From positions 1 to 46,660 of IMG/VR virus record IMGVR_UViG_3300042347_001156: DNA of 46,660 nucleotides, one strand, 5' to 3'. A program made the position numbers and the translations under genes. Source of the stretch: a virus. Its lineage: Duplodnaviria; Caudoviricetes. The notes under the pieces are model-generated. The model searched no databases. It had not been told where the DNA came from and saw only the letters and a program-made list of their open reading frames with translations. Of the stretch, positions 28,170 through 39,342 are shown piece by piece (positions within the stretch are counted from its first letter, which is position 1; each line of letters opens with the position of its first letter).

Positions 28170-31100
28170 TTATATGATATTAAAGTTTATAGAGTAGTAT
28201 GAAGGACCCACACTATTATTTACTGCAAAAGGTATATAATACATACCAGTTTCCGTTGGGGCTGTACCGGTGAATAAACCTGTTCCATTAACTACAATCC
28301 AGTCAAAGGGTTCGGTAATTACAAACGAAAGAGGGTTATTGGTTGCAGTTACCTGGTAAGAAAACATATTACCTGCAGTTATTGTTGCAGTTAAGGTTTG
28401 TTGTATAGTTGGAGGGTATATATTTTCTATTGCTTTTTCAGGCTGATAAACGTTGACCTCTTTAAGATTGTTTGTTGAGGTATTTGTTATAACAAACTCA
28501 ACAATATTGGTCTCGTTAGCGTTGTTTTTGCCTGTTAAGGTTAATAAAAATTCTTGTTTTAAAGAATTGTAGGAAAGTATCGGTTCCTGTATTGATATTA
28601 GATTAAGAGAAGAAAGTGAGTTTACTGTATAGGTATCTTCGTTTGTAATCGGAAACACTTTATTAAAGAATCTTGTATTTAAATCGAGTCTATAAAGAGC
28701 AGGAGTTAAAAAAGTACCACTCAAACCACATACACTTATAAACACTAATTTTTCTTGAGGAAAGAACCACGTTTCACCGACTTTTGCAAATGTAAAGCCT
28801 GAGAGCTGGGTGTTGGTAAATTCTCTCTGCAAGGATGCGCTGACGGGAAGAGCTAATGATAGATATCTAGCTTCGTCTGTAATACTGCTGATTTTATCAG
28901 AGTCGTAGTCGTAAATTATTTTTTCAAATAGTACTAAGCCGGATGTTTGAACGTATAAGGTGTCAAAAAACACATCAATATGCTTAATACCTATACCAGT
29001 TAGCTCTCTGTACTGCACTGTGTTTTTGTAAGTATCAAAAACAGCACTTAGGGACGAACTGGCAGGTTGTACATTTTGCCCGTTGGTTCTTGTCCATAAC
29101 TCACCATACATTTGTTTTCTCTCGAGTAGACTACTATCTTTTATTTCTTTGTATAGACCGTACTGATTACCAAATATGTCTGTTGACCAGTTATCGAGCT
29201 GCTTACTTGTTTGTTTTAGTACTTGAGACTGTGCCCAGGCATCGACGTTTACTACTCCAGTAAAGCTTTCTGGTTTATTGTTTATATCAGTCCAGACGGC
29301 ATCTTGTTCACCGCCCCATGGGGTCTGTCTACTTGTAGGTAAAACAAGACCCACCTGCATTTTTGGATTGCTCTCATAAGCAGACTGATACGGTATAAAT
29401 TTTTGATACTTTTTAGCTACACTCTTTTTAATATTACCTGCAATAGGCCCGGTTATAAATGTTTCTTTTAGCCAGGTATTGTTATCTATTATCTCTTCGT
29501 ATGGTGTAGGTTGATCGGTTTTAGTAAGACCACGGCCCGCTACAAATTTTTCGACATTGTCAAAGATAGAAGTCAAATACTGAGAGGAAGTTGATAAAGA
29601 GACTGTATAATCTTGATTTACGTAAACAGAAGCTCCTAAGTGATTAGAGGTAAAGAATCCGCCCGAATCGGTTTCAGTGTATAAATCTTCAACGGTGGGT
29701 AGAAGAGTCACTGTCGGAAAGTATCTATTTGTAAGTGAATTCCAAGGTCTTTTAGCAACAAACTGCAAACTTGCCGACGGAGAACTATAAAAAGTTTCAT
29801 TTATAAGGGGAGTAGCAGTAATTGACCAAGTAAATGGCTGTACGGCATTGTAGTATACTTCAACAGGTTCATTGTCAACAATATTGCGTAATTTGATTGG
29901 GGAAGGGTTGTTAGTGGGTAGGGCAACTAAGTCTGTTTTTATGTTGTCAATAATATCAGCTAAGTTAGAGGTCGCAGTAGTGTTTATACTAATAGTTGAC
30001 CATATTTTTTCATTAACTTCGGAGTTAATTGTTATTGGCTGATCCCAAATAAAAGACGAGGTGTATTTTCTATCGTACTCAAAATAATTTCCTACTGCAG
30101 GCATTATATCGGAAAATTCAGGCTGGGTAATAATATTATAACCGTCAACAATGCGGAAAGGCTGTCCCCAGCTATCGATACCCTTATAATCTGTTTCTGG
30201 TGTTTTTTCTGTATAGCTTTTTGCCCAGAATGGTTTTGTACCGACAGAGTTTGCATCGCTTTTTCCTGTATTATAATTCCATCCAAATAAGGATGCATTA
30301 ATAACGAATCCCGGAGCTGGTAAACTGTAACTGGTTAAAGAAGGTGTTATGGTTATTGGATTAACTGCTGTAATTGGGGGTATATTGGTAAACTGATAGT
30401 TACCTTTAGGGCCTGTCGGGGTACCGGTTATAGCTGTTACAGACACTGTATAAACCCCAGTCAGGGCCGGGACAAAACTAAACGATGGGGTGTTATTAAA
30501 AAATATTTTTGTTCCTTTAGGGTCAGTTAGGGTCCATCTGTAACCGCTTACAACATCAAAAAATGTAACAGCGGGGTATTGTCTATAAGAATCCTGTGCA
30601 TTTAATGATGTAATATCTGTATAGGATGTTGAAGGAAAATTTATATAGACTTGTTGTGGGTTGCCCGCAACATCGTTTCCAATAGAAACATAATCATAAA
30701 GCGACCAAATACTTCCTCTGTTTTCAGTTATAGGTTCATTTGTTATTATTTGACCTGTGACACTTACTGTGGTAGATTCAGCCTTTTTATAAAGTAATAA
30801 ATCTCCAGGGTATAAAATCATATCTGAAGGAACATTGAGAGTGTCCCAAGTGTCATCTTGATTTTTTATAGCCTTAATCCAAACCGGGTTGTTAACAGTA
30901 TTATAGTTGTATTTTACAACGAGTGGTGGTAGGGTAGTTTCATCGAGATTTTTATCTTTATAATTGGCTCTATAATAAATGTAGGGCTTACCTTGACGTA
31001 AATACAATTTATTTTCAATAGAGGTAACTCCCGTAAACCACGTACCATCTCCCCAACCCAGTTTACTGTTTGTTTTGTACCAGCCAAAAGCAGAACTATT

Positions 31101-33152
31101 TGCAAAGCTGGTATTAGTTGAATCTCTCCAAGTGTTAATATCGAAATTAAAAGGTGAAAAAGTATCCTCGGCTATAAAGTCTCCAAGTAAATTATTATCA
31201 GTGTATGAAGTTCCGGGATGACCAAACGGAGTAAAAAGCACTTGCTTACATGTACAAAGTTCAGGGGTCGTGTAGCTTGCACTTGCGGTGGTTGCAAAAG
31301 TGCAGTCTGGTTGGTGGGTGCGAGTTTTAAATACTGTTTCAGCATCTGTAAGGTCTTCCCCATCCCAGATAAATCTTGTAATCTGCCCGGGCAAAAATAC
31401 CCCGTTGAGACCGGTTTGGGATATACCTACAAAGTTGTTTTGAGCAAACTGTCTACCGGATAGCCAGGCTCCTTCTATAGCAGTTTCAGGTGTATCTGTG
31501 TAGTTGTTTAGTTTATAAAAAACATCTGAACTACTAATGTTATCTGAACAGGTACTCCCGGGTAGCGGTACACTTGAAAGAGCTATGGGTCGGCAAACAT
31601 TACTAAAATCTTTGGGTAAAAAAGTAGGAAAGCTTTCTTCAGGGTTTATTTTGAGATAGGGCCAAACTATAGTACTAGTACCCGAGGGTGCTACTGAAAT
31701 ATCGGTACGATCAGCCCGATACAGCCATGCCTCCTTAACATCTCCTGAATAAGCCCCGGCTTGGAAAGACGGCGGATTATCCCAGACTTTAATTTTATCT
31801 GCTAAAGCATATACGCTACTTGCAAATCCACCCCCTGAAATCATTGTCATAGCATTAAGACTCAAGGGGGATACTGTAGAGAGGGACGTATTAAAGCTCC
31901 AGTATTCGTTTTCTATAGCTTTCTTTACAGCATCATCGAGGTAAAAATATTGAGAATTATATCTCACACTAGGGCCTGTCCAGTCAATATCATCAGCCGA
32001 TAGGCCAAACCCCGCAAAGGGATATTTAAAACCTGTTTTTTTATTGCCTTCAACATACACCGACATGACCCGGTCGTTGAAATCAAACTTTTTAAGTCTA
32101 AACCACGCACCCTCAGTCCCGGAAATAGATTTAACAAAAATGGTATCTGCTCCTTGTATGTCTGTTCCTGCTGTAGCTACGTCTTGGAGCCCGGAAGCGC
32201 TTAAAGCTAGCGGCGAGTATCTGGTGTTATTGAGAGCACTTGTTCTATAGGGCCCTGTAGGCCAGAAGAAAAAGTTATTACCGGTTTGTATGTTTTGAGT
32301 AAAAAATTCTGAACCAGTACTTACAGAAGGAAGAGATGCTGTATATTTGTCACCAGCTATATATTTTTCTAAAAGCTCAGCTGAGTAATTGATACCGTCA
32401 ATTACCACATCATCTGAGATATCGAAACTACCTGCTTTATAAATCCAATCTGTAGCTGTCAGAGGTAGGTTTTTAGAAAGAAAATATTCTTCAACAGCGG
32501 GATTAGTAAGATCGTAGTAAGCTGAAACCGGTACCGTAGAGCTTTGATCAAAATAACTGTGGTCATCAAACATTTCTTCTACCTGTATCATTAGTGTATC
32601 TTTAATACTGCTAAGTTCAGGTACGCCTTTGAAAATAGAAGAGGGTATAACTACAGGTGCATTGTTATTTTTTGTAAATGCAGTTAGTAATTGTTCTCTA
32701 AGTTGCTGCACTACTCCAGTATTTGTACCTCTAAGATTATATTTTAGCTTAGTTTTTTTAATCTCTTGTCTAAGTTGTATATAATAAAGAGAAATATCTC
32801 TTAATTTTTTTGCAAAATAGGGTATCGCTAATAATAGTTCTTTTTCATCCTGAATATTAATTCTATTATACCATTTTTCTGCCTCTTCATTAGAAAAGAA
32901 AAGCTGTAACTGCTTTAAGAGAGTCAAAAAATTAATCTGTAACTGATTTTGATTGTCTTTTTCTTTTGTATTTTTATCTCTATACCAATTTAAAAGATAC
33001 TCATTATATTGTCTGTAGTCCTGGCCAGGGATAATGCCGGTACGGGACTTATACCAGTCAATATAAGACAAGGGCTGGTCCTCGCTTTCGCTGGAAGCCT
33101 GTAAAGCGGGTCTTGCATAGCGTTCAAACTGTTGTTGTTTACTTGTTTCCAC
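28170..33152 (-). CDS. Giant (1660 aa) baseplate-associated protein with C-terminal Ig-like domain
   Basis: GTG start after TAAATA 33170-33175; C-terminal FSYQVTA...TGLFTGT..GMY Ig-like motif; lies in the gp25-gp6 block. Confidence 0.65.
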   Translation of the reverse strand: METSKQQQFERYARPALQASSESEDQPLSYIDWYKSRTGIIPGQDYRQYNEYLLNWYRDKNTKEKDNQNQLQINFLTLLKQLQLFFSNEEAEKWYNRINIQDEKELLLAIPYFAKKLRDISLYYIQLRQEIKKTKLKYNLRGTNTGVVQQLREQLLTAFTKNNNAPVVIPSSIFKGVPELSSIKDTLMIQVEEMFDDHSYFDQSSTVPVSAYYDLTNPAVEEYFLSKNLPLTATDWIYKAGSFDISDDVVIDGINYSAELLEKYIAGDKYTASLPSVSTGSEFFTQNIQTGNNFFFWPTGPYRTSALNNTRYSPLALSASGLQDVATAGTDIQGADTIFVKSISGTEGAWFRLKKFDFNDRVMSVYVEGNKKTGFKYPFAGFGLSADDIDWTGPSVRYNSQYFYLDDAVKKAIENEYWSFNTSLSTVSPLSLNAMTMISGGGFASSVYALADKIKVWDNPPSFQAGAYSGDVKEAWLYRADRTDISVAPSGTSTIVWPYLKINPEESFPTFLPKDFSNVCRPIALSSVPLPGSTCSDNISSSDVFYKLNNYTDTPETAIEGAWLSGRQFAQNNFVGISQTGLNGVFLPGQITRFIWDGEDLTDAETVFKTRTHQPDCTFATTASASYTTPELCTCKQVLFTPFGHPGTSYTDNNLLGDFIAEDTFSPFNFDINTWRDSTNTSFANSSAFGWYKTNSKLGWGDGTWFTGVTSIENKLYLRQGKPYIYYRANYKDKNLDETTLPPLVVKYNYNTVNNPVWIKAIKNQDDTWDTLNVPSDMILYPGDLLLYKKAESTTVSVTGQIITNEPITENRGSIWSLYDYVSIGNDVAGNPQQVYINFPSTSYTDITSLNAQDSYRQYPAVTFFDVVSGYRWTLTDPKGTKIFFNNTPSFSFVPALTGVYTVSVTAITGTPTGPKGNYQFTNIPPITAVNPITITPSLTSYSLPAPGFVINASLFGWNYNTGKSDANSVGTKPFWAKSYTEKTPETDYKGIDSWGQPFRIVDGYNIITQPEFSDIMPAVGNYFEYDRKYTSSFIWDQPITINSEVNEKIWSTISINTTATSNLADIIDNIKTDLVALPTNNPSPIKLRNIVDNEPVEVYYNAVQPFTWSITATPLINETFYSSPSASLQFVAKRPWNSLTNRYFPTVTLLPTVEDLYTETDSGGFFTSNHLGASVYVNQDYTVSLSTSSQYLTSIFDNVEKFVAGRGLTKTDQPTPYEEIIDNNTWLKETFITGPIAGNIKKSVAKKYQKFIPYQSAYESNPKMQVGLVLPTSRQTPWGGEQDAVWTDINNKPESFTGVVNVDAWAQSQVLKQTSKQLDNWSTDIFGNQYGLYKEIKDSSLLERKQMYGELWTRTNGQNVQPASSSLSAVFDTYKNTVQYRELTGIGIKHIDVFFDTLYVQTSGLVLFEKIIYDYDSDKISSITDEARYLSLALPVSASLQREFTNTQLSGFTFAKVGETWFFPQEKLVFISVCGLSGTFLTPALYRLDLNTRFFNKVFPITNEDTYTVNSLSSLNLISIQEPILSYNSLKQEFLLTLTGKNNANETNIVEFVITNTSTNNLKEVNVYQPEKAIENIYPPTIQQTLTATITAGNMFSYQVTATNNPLSFVITEPFDWIVVNGTGLFTGTAPTETGMYYIPFAVNNSVGPSYYSINFNII

Positions 33153-33168
33153 AGAAAGATTATCTTTA

Positions 33169-36100
33169 TTATTTAACTACTAAATTTTTAGTTAACAAAT
33201 AATTAAATACATTTTCTATGGCTCCACTTTCTCCGTACCACTCAGCATTGGTTGACGCGTAAGGATTAAGAGTTGTATAAGGGTTTTCCCAATCTATTAT
33301 ATTTTCTATAAATTTATCTGAAACAACCGGACTATACGAATAGAAAAAGTAATTTGCAGGGGCTGGTTGTATTAAACCGTAACCTTCAAAAGCAGATAGA
33401 GGGTAAATTGTTGCACCGGTTGTTAGTGGTTGTACTTCAATTAGGGAGGTAGTAGAGTCAAATTTACTCTTTACAAATATTTTAGTGCCCGCTGTCAGAT
33501 AAGCAGTTTGCGGGTTTAGTTGTGCACCTACACTTTGGGCAAGTATGGGTTGTGGTGATAAAATACCCCAAAGCTTTTCTCGGGGTATAGATGCAATATC
33601 GAGATATTTCTTAATTTCAGTGGGAAAGTCTGTACCGTAAGTACTAGCGTCAAGACCTACCTCACTAGCAAGAGAAATAAGCTGATCTATGTTACAAGTG
33701 TCAGGGTCTGCATGATTACTGACGAAGTTAGCTATTCTCTCGTAAGTATTTTGACCAATATCTTCATAAGCGCTTGGCATGCTAGTACCAACCGCGGCAG
33801 AAAAGAATTGATCAAACAAATTTGTGTTGTTTTTGAGGTTTTCAGGAAGAGCTAAAGATTTATAATACTCGGCAGTATTAAAGTCTTCATTTATTCTTTG
33901 TATTTGAAAGGAGTTTTCAAAATCATATACCGTAAAAGGCACTGATATACCGGAAACGGGTTGAGCAGACAGAGCGCTAGAATATTTTTGGTACCATTTA
34001 TTACCTGTCCAGTCTCCTACAGCTCGTGCTGAAGGATACTCTTGTTCCCTTTCTATAGTGTAAGAAAAAGATAAGTCATCATTTAACCTATAACCTAAAA
34101 CTGAATTTGGTAATACTTTAATAGTTCTCTTTGTAGAAAAGTCAGCATAAGGATCAGCAGTGACAAGATGTGTCTTATTGGTTGTATTATCGATAACCCA
34201 AAGCCTGTTGTAAACATCTATACCTAAACCTCCAAGCTCTTCATCATCTCTCAAATAGGAAGCGCTTAGAGGGGTGGGTATTGTTAGAGGTACAAATGTT
34301 CCATCGGTACTAACAAACCACGAAAATGTTTGCCCTGTTTCAGTTATAAGCCCTATGCTTCTTAGGTCATGAACGAACCATAAGCTGTTATTTCTGTCAA
34401 CGTGTAAATAACCCGGTCTAGTAAAACCGGTTATTGAGCTCATTAATGTACCAGTAGTAGAATTATAAAGATCAATAGCTCCGTAATTCTCGGTAACGTT
34501 AAAGCTTTTAGCTACCCATATATTATTATCTACATTTATTGCTAGACTTACGGGTACAGAATAGTTATTAAAGGGTATTTGTTTAATGGGTACACCTGAA
34601 GGGTTATACTGTACCATAAAACTACAGAGAGGGTGAGCGTAAGTTGTCCAAACATTACTGTTAATATCTGTCTCTACTACAGGAGGTTTTATTAAAAAAT
34701 CACTTTCAAACTCACTAAAAATATTTGAACCGGATGGTGCAAAAGCTTTAACAAAACTTAAATCTTTATCAAATTTAAGAACTGAAACTGAATTAAAGAG
34801 CGAAACGTAAACGTTATAAAACCTATCTATTGCAATATTACTCGGTGTATAAGCTCCTGACAGAGGTGAGTAATCTCCAAAACTTGAAAGTTGTACTGTG
34901 CAAAGCAACTGACCAAACGTAGAATATTTGTAGATTCTATCTAGCTCAACATCAGTAATGAGTACGTCATATTTTCTAGGGTCTATAGCTATTCCATATA
35001 CACCAGAGAAGCCCGACATTAGATAGTTAAAAGTATTTGTTGTGCTTAAAGAGGGCACTTCGTATGTTTTAATATAACCATCAACAAGTAATCCGTTTTC
35101 TTTATAGTATTTTATAGTCTCACAGTAAGACGGGTAGGGAACTAAAGAAATCTTATTGAGTCTATTTTGTTCCGGATTAGCTATCCAAACAAACGGGTTA
35201 GGAGCATGGCCGGTTGGAAAATTAAACTTACCCTCAGCAATAGTGGTATCAAACACGGTACTACTTGCCTGTATAACTGTTGAAGCTATAGGGGATAAGG
35301 GAGTAACAGTAGTAAATACATATCCCCCTGTTTTGAAGCCTTCTTTATCAAGTGTTTGGAAATATAAAGGAGCTTCATCGACTGTGTAGTAACTATCGGG
35401 CACTCCTGATAGACTTAATTTTATGTCAGCGCTTAATCCTACTGAATTACTTGGAGGGTAAGAGAAAATAATATTAGAATCTGTTTCTCCTGAACCAGGT
35501 ACGTAAAATTCTCTACTGCTGTGGCAGGTAATAAGTATTGGTATTTTTACGTTTGTCCATTTACGAGAATAAATTTCATCCACGTAGTTACCTGTTACTT
35601 TTAAGAAACTTGGCTGTAGATCGTTAACTTGCCAAACAATAACGGCCTGCGCGACCGTACTATTAGAGTAGCTCAGGTAGTTAAAAGCACGGGAATCTTC
35701 AGGGAAGTTAAAGGCAGATGTTTGAAGAGTAGCAGCTAAAAGTAAAGGACAGTTAATTGTAGGATTGCCGGTGCTGGTATCGTCAATAAAATAAAATTCG
35801 GCTTCTCCAGAGAGACCTACTTGTTTATTGTTTTTGAATATCTTTACCGGTTCGACAGATAGACTTGTAATAAAATTATCTTTACTGTCTAAAAATCTCC
35901 AAGTAGGTACTAAAAAGCTCCACTGTTCAGGGACGTATTCAAAAGGGATTGAATTTGAATTAGCAGCAAAAAGATTTACAGTTAAGGGAGAATTTAACTG
36001 AGAAGTAACAACCGCTACACGAAACGGTTCGGTAGGCTTGCTGCCTGGGTCTGAGTATTTGTCGGGTATTTGTGTAAAAGATACATAGTCCCTGAAGGGG

Positions 36101-36348
36101 TAGTCAGTAATTATTTGGTTAGATGCTACACTACTATTACCGTTATTATCAATACAGGTTAAATTTATAGTGTATGTGCCTGGGTAGTTGTATACGTGAG
36201 TAAACTCTGTTACGTTATACTTGTAATTACCGTCGCCGAGGTCCCAGACTCTACTTACTATATTACCGCTAGTTTCATCGGTAAAAGTAAAGTCTGTGGC
36301 GTAAACGTCTCCAGTAAAAGGGGTGACAAAAAAATTAGCCGTTACCAT
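33169..36348 (-). CDS. Baseplate wedge (gp7/P2 gpI-like) protein with PKD and beta-propeller domains
   Basis: WDLGDG...HVYNYPGTYTINLT; IAID repeats; DPDTCNIDQLISLA resembles the gpI core; follows gp6. Confidence 0.65.
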   Translation of the reverse strand: MVTANFFVTPFTGDVYATDFTFTDETSGNIVSRVWDLGDGNYKYNVTEFTHVYNYPGTYTINLTCIDNNGNSSVASNQIITDYPFRDYVSFTQIPDKYSDPGSKPTEPFRVAVVTSQLNSPLTVNLFAANSNSIPFEYVPEQWSFLVPTWRFLDSKDNFITSLSVEPVKIFKNNKQVGLSGEAEFYFIDDTSTGNPTINCPLLLAATLQTSAFNFPEDSRAFNYLSYSNSTVAQAVIVWQVNDLQPSFLKVTGNYVDEIYSRKWTNVKIPILITCHSSREFYVPGSGETDSNIIFSYPPSNSVGLSADIKLSLSGVPDSYYTVDEAPLYFQTLDKEGFKTGGYVFTTVTPLSPIASTVIQASSTVFDTTIAEGKFNFPTGHAPNPFVWIANPEQNRLNKISLVPYPSYCETIKYYKENGLLVDGYIKTYEVPSLSTTNTFNYLMSGFSGVYGIAIDPRKYDVLITDVELDRIYKYSTFGQLLCTVQLSSFGDYSPLSGAYTPSNIAIDRFYNVYVSLFNSVSVLKFDKDLSFVKAFAPSGSNIFSEFESDFLIKPPVVETDINSNVWTTYAHPLCSFMVQYNPSGVPIKQIPFNNYSVPVSLAINVDNNIWVAKSFNVTENYGAIDLYNSTTGTLMSSITGFTRPGYLHVDRNNSLWFVHDLRSIGLITETGQTFSWFVSTDGTFVPLTIPTPLSASYLRDDEELGGLGIDVYNRLWVIDNTTNKTHLVTADPYADFSTKRTIKVLPNSVLGYRLNDDLSFSYTIEREQEYPSARAVGDWTGNKWYQKYSSALSAQPVSGISVPFTVYDFENSFQIQRINEDFNTAEYYKSLALPENLKNNTNLFDQFFSAAVGTSMPSAYEDIGQNTYERIANFVSNHADPDTCNIDQLISLASEVGLDASTYGTDFPTEIKKYLDIASIPREKLWGILSPQPILAQSVGAQLNPQTAYLTAGTKIFVKSKFDSTTSLIEVQPLTTGATIYPLSAFEGYGLIQPAPANYFFYSYSPVVSDKFIENIIDWENPYTTLNPYASTNAEWYGESGAIENVFNYLLTKNLVVK

Positions 36349-36356
36349 ATATTTTG

Positions 36357-38174
36357 TTAGTACTCAGTGTTTCCGTATAAGGTGTTATTGGTAAGTACCT
36401 TAATCTTGTTTGATAAAAGGGCAATATTGTTAAAGTAAGGATATTCAAAGTATTTAAATGCTACGTTATTTTGTGTAACGATTTTATCGTTGCCTGGATA
36501 AATTGGGTTCCAGACAAATAGAGATAGTCCCTCAGTTCTTATAGTAGGGTCATCAGTTCTTGTAGTAAAAAACGTTGATACTCCGTCTATACCTAGAATC
36601 TGCTGTGTGAGGTCTCTTATGTTAAGAACTTGACCAAGTTTTAGGTTGTTTCTGCTAAAGTAAGAAGAAATAATATTTACAATATCGTTTATAATAGCTT
36701 GGTTATCTCTTCGAGAATTGCTTGCTTTTGTGACAGTAAGCTCACAAAGATCTTCATCAGCAGGGGTGAAGCTAGAATCTCCAACCCCTAAAGATACTGC
36801 TTTATAGACTGGATCTATAAATGTTGTTTCAGTTGTGGCCATTTTTGTATTTTGTACACCGGAGTTGATAAGTTCTTTCTGAGCAGGGAACAAATAATTG
36901 AATTGACCATTAGACGCAGTCTTTGGGACAACAATTAGGTAAACATTATTAAAATTACATGCATCTGAAAACAGCACCTGATTGAGTAGAGCACGATCAG
37001 TCTTTGCAGGGGCATCAATACCTATATCGTAAAAGTACTTGAGATATCCTGAAACATAATCCCAGTTATTTACAGCCTTTACATCAGACAATAAATTAGC
37101 AAAATTAGTTTTTACGAAGGTTTCATAATCTGTTGTAGTAACAAGACGGTACTGACTACGATAAAGTGCAGGTGCAGCTGCTCGAATCTGCTCGACTGTT
37201 TCTTTTTCTTGAGATAGGGTAGAAGATGTTGTGTTAACAAATTTTACGTTTGTCATCTCAGAATTTGTAAGGTAGCGATACTGGTTATTGAGTGTATCAG
37301 TTAATATCTGATTAAACTGAGTGGTATTATAGTTTACAAGAACTGAGTTATTATTAAGAACGTTAGGTCCGATTTCACCGTTCGCTCCGTTACTAACCAG
37401 ATAATATACTGCTATTTGATCTCCAGTTTCAAGCTTTTTGCCGTTTACATTGTTTCCGAATCTGATTTCATAGCGATTATTGCTATTCAGTCTTATTTCA
37501 TATCTTTCAGCCGAGCTATTTTCTAGATAAAGATTTGCAGTTTTTGAATACTGTCTCCAAGTACCGGTGAGAGCGGGTTTAACATAAACATCAATATTAA
37601 AGTGGTCAACTAAAACGTTACTAACATCGAGTATTAATGTTTCGTTACTGTCGCCGGCTGCTGTATACACCGGGTACTCCTCATAACGACCTTGGAAAAG
37701 TAGTTTTTGTTGAGAGAGTTCGTTAAGGTCTTCAACTCCATTTGTTTCTTTTACAAATGTTATGTCTTCATTAAAAGAAAAAGGTATGTTGTTTGCTATA
37801 ATGTAGGAATAACGGGGTATTGTGTAAATGCCCTGAGTTAGAGCTGCTTGTGCTGAGCACCCGAACGTTAGGGTAGATGTCTGAAAGCCAACCGGGCTGT
37901 AATCTACTAATTTAACAATGCGATTCATGTTTTCATACAACTGCGCTTCAGTAAACATTGATTCCGTAGACGTTTTGTTAAGATAGTAGATAAGAGTGTT
38001 ATAAGAATAGGCAACAATATCAATAACTGCAGCTAGATTTGAACCTATGAAGTTTTGATCTGTAAAGACGTTTTGCTGATTAAGTCGCTGAACAATAAGC
38101 TGTCTTAACGATAATGCATCAAAGGCTACATATCCGCCCTTAGGTATTTCAAAGTTGCTGTTGTTGTTTGCCAT
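36357..38174 (-). CDS. gp6: Baseplate wedge subunit gp6
   Basis: FTDQNFIGSNL...DIVAY, ESMFTEAQ, YEIRFGN...GKK, ETVEQIR..AP..Y.SQ.RLVT..DY. Confidence 0.93.
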   Translation of the reverse strand: MANNNSNFEIPKGGYVAFDALSLRQLIVQRLNQQNVFTDQNFIGSNLAAVIDIVAYSYNTLIYYLNKTSTESMFTEAQLYENMNRIVKLVDYSPVGFQTSTLTFGCSAQAALTQGIYTIPRYSYIIANNIPFSFNEDITFVKETNGVEDLNELSQQKLLFQGRYEEYPVYTAAGDSNETLILDVSNVLVDHFNIDVYVKPALTGTWRQYSKTANLYLENSSAERYEIRLNSNNRYEIRFGNNVNGKKLETGDQIAVYYLVSNGANGEIGPNVLNNNSVLVNYNTTQFNQILTDTLNNQYRYLTNSEMTNVKFVNTTSSTLSQEKETVEQIRAAAPALYRSQYRLVTTTDYETFVKTNFANLLSDVKAVNNWDYVSGYLKYFYDIGIDAPAKTDRALLNQVLFSDACNFNNVYLIVVPKTASNGQFNYLFPAQKELINSGVQNTKMATTETTFIDPVYKAVSLGVGDSSFTPADEDLCELTVTKASNSRRDNQAIINDIVNIISSYFSRNNLKLGQVLNIRDLTQQILGIDGVSTFFTTRTDDPTIRTEGLSLFVWNPIYPGNDKIVTQNNVAFKYFEYPYFNNIALLSNKIKVLTNNTLYGNTEY

Positions 38175-38177
38175 ATT

Positions 38178-38678
38178 TTAATTGTTTCGTGATGTTTCTA
38201 TAAACACAAAAGACTGCTTCTTTATATCAAAAAGAAAGTTTGTATCTGTGATTATGTTGAAAACGGGTACCTCAATAATTATTGAGACAAAATACTGATT
38301 GTTGTCAGGGTCTGCTGCTACCCTAACTTGTTTTGGTATAACTCGAGGTTCGTAAGTCTTAATACCATTGTAAATAACATTACCAATAAGATCGCCGTTT
38401 TCGACAGTTACTGGAGAAAATAAAAATTGATATAAGTCTAAACCGTATTCAGGGAATAAGAATCTTTGACCGGGTAAAGTGTTAAATAAATTAGTTAAAG
38501 AGTTCTTTATGGCTCCTAAATCAAAGTCAGCTTTAATATCGCTGCCAAGAGTGGATTGAGTGTATCCAGGAGTTATTTGACGACTAAACTCAAAATCTAA
38601 AAATAAGTCTTTGTAGACGTATTTTTGATCTACAAAGGTTTTAGAGGCATCTTCAAGACTTTTGATTTTTATGGCCAT
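38178..38678 (-). CDS. gp25: Baseplate wedge subunit gp25
   Basis: YKDL.LDF, AIKNSLTNLFNT.PGQR...PEYG, YEPRV. Confidence 0.93.
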   Translation of the reverse strand: MAIKIKSLEDASKTFVDQKYVYKDLFLDFEFSRQITPGYTQSTLGSDIKADFDLGAIKNSLTNLFNTLPGQRFLFPEYGLDLYQFLFSPVTVENGDLIGNVIYNGIKTYEPRVIPKQVRVAADPDNNQYFVSIIIEVPVFNIITDTNFLFDIKKQSFVFIETSRNN

Positions 38679-38687
38679 TTACACTAT

Positions 38688-38713
38688 TATTTAGTTAACA
38701 AATTGCATAAATA
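38688..38713. promoter_or_regulatory. Divergent late promoters
   Basis: TAAATA on minus (38688-38693) and on plus (38708-38713). Confidence 0.7.
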
Positions 38714-38727
38714 ATATCACAATTACT

Positions 38728-39273
38728 ATGGAAACTAAATTTAACGTACTTTACGAAAATCTATTAGAGCGCTATCAACAAGGGGGTTTTCTTATCGGGG
38801 ACCGTGTTCGCTTCAGAAAAGACGCTCTTAAACTTGACTTCTTTAGAAACAAAGGTCAAAATTTTCTAGATATCGTTAAATCATGTATGGATCCCAGCTT
38901 TGATCTCAATCTGAGAATCTCTGCTATTAAATCCATCTATCCTACTACAACACAAAACTATCGTGGTGGTACTGAGTCTCCAGATGCTATTTTTGCAGAC
39001 GTTATTGTTGAGTATGCCCCTGGTCTTTATCGTACCCCAATGACGGTTCCTATTGAAGCTCTTGAACTTCAAGACGACGGAATCAACACCGGCCCGGTAC
39101 CTGATTCTGTAAAACGTAAATCAAAAATTCAAATTAAGCCAGAAGAGCAAAAAGCTGAACAATCAGCTGATTTCGAGATCAATCTCGATAATAAAAATGT
39201 AAAGCTCCCTAATGGTAATTCCTGGGATGATTCCAAACCAGGTGCTGGAAATACACCAAAGAAAAAATACTAA
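38728..39273 (+). CDS. Hypothetical late protein
   Basis: Late box upstream; N-terminus METKFNVLYENLLE. Confidence 0.7.
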   Translation: METKFNVLYENLLERYQQGGFLIGDRVRFRKDALKLDFFRNKGQNFLDIVKSCMDPSFDLNLRISAIKSIYPTTTQNYRGGTESPDAIFADVIVEYAPGLYRTPMTVPIEALELQDDGINTGPVPDSVKRKSKIQIKPEEQKAEQSADFEINLDNKNVKLPNGNSWDDSKPGAGNTPKKKY

Positions 39274-39342
39274 GTAGATTTGCTAGTATTTGGGTGTAGA
39301 ATCGATTAAATTAAATCGAACGTTTTCCTATCTAAAAATTTT

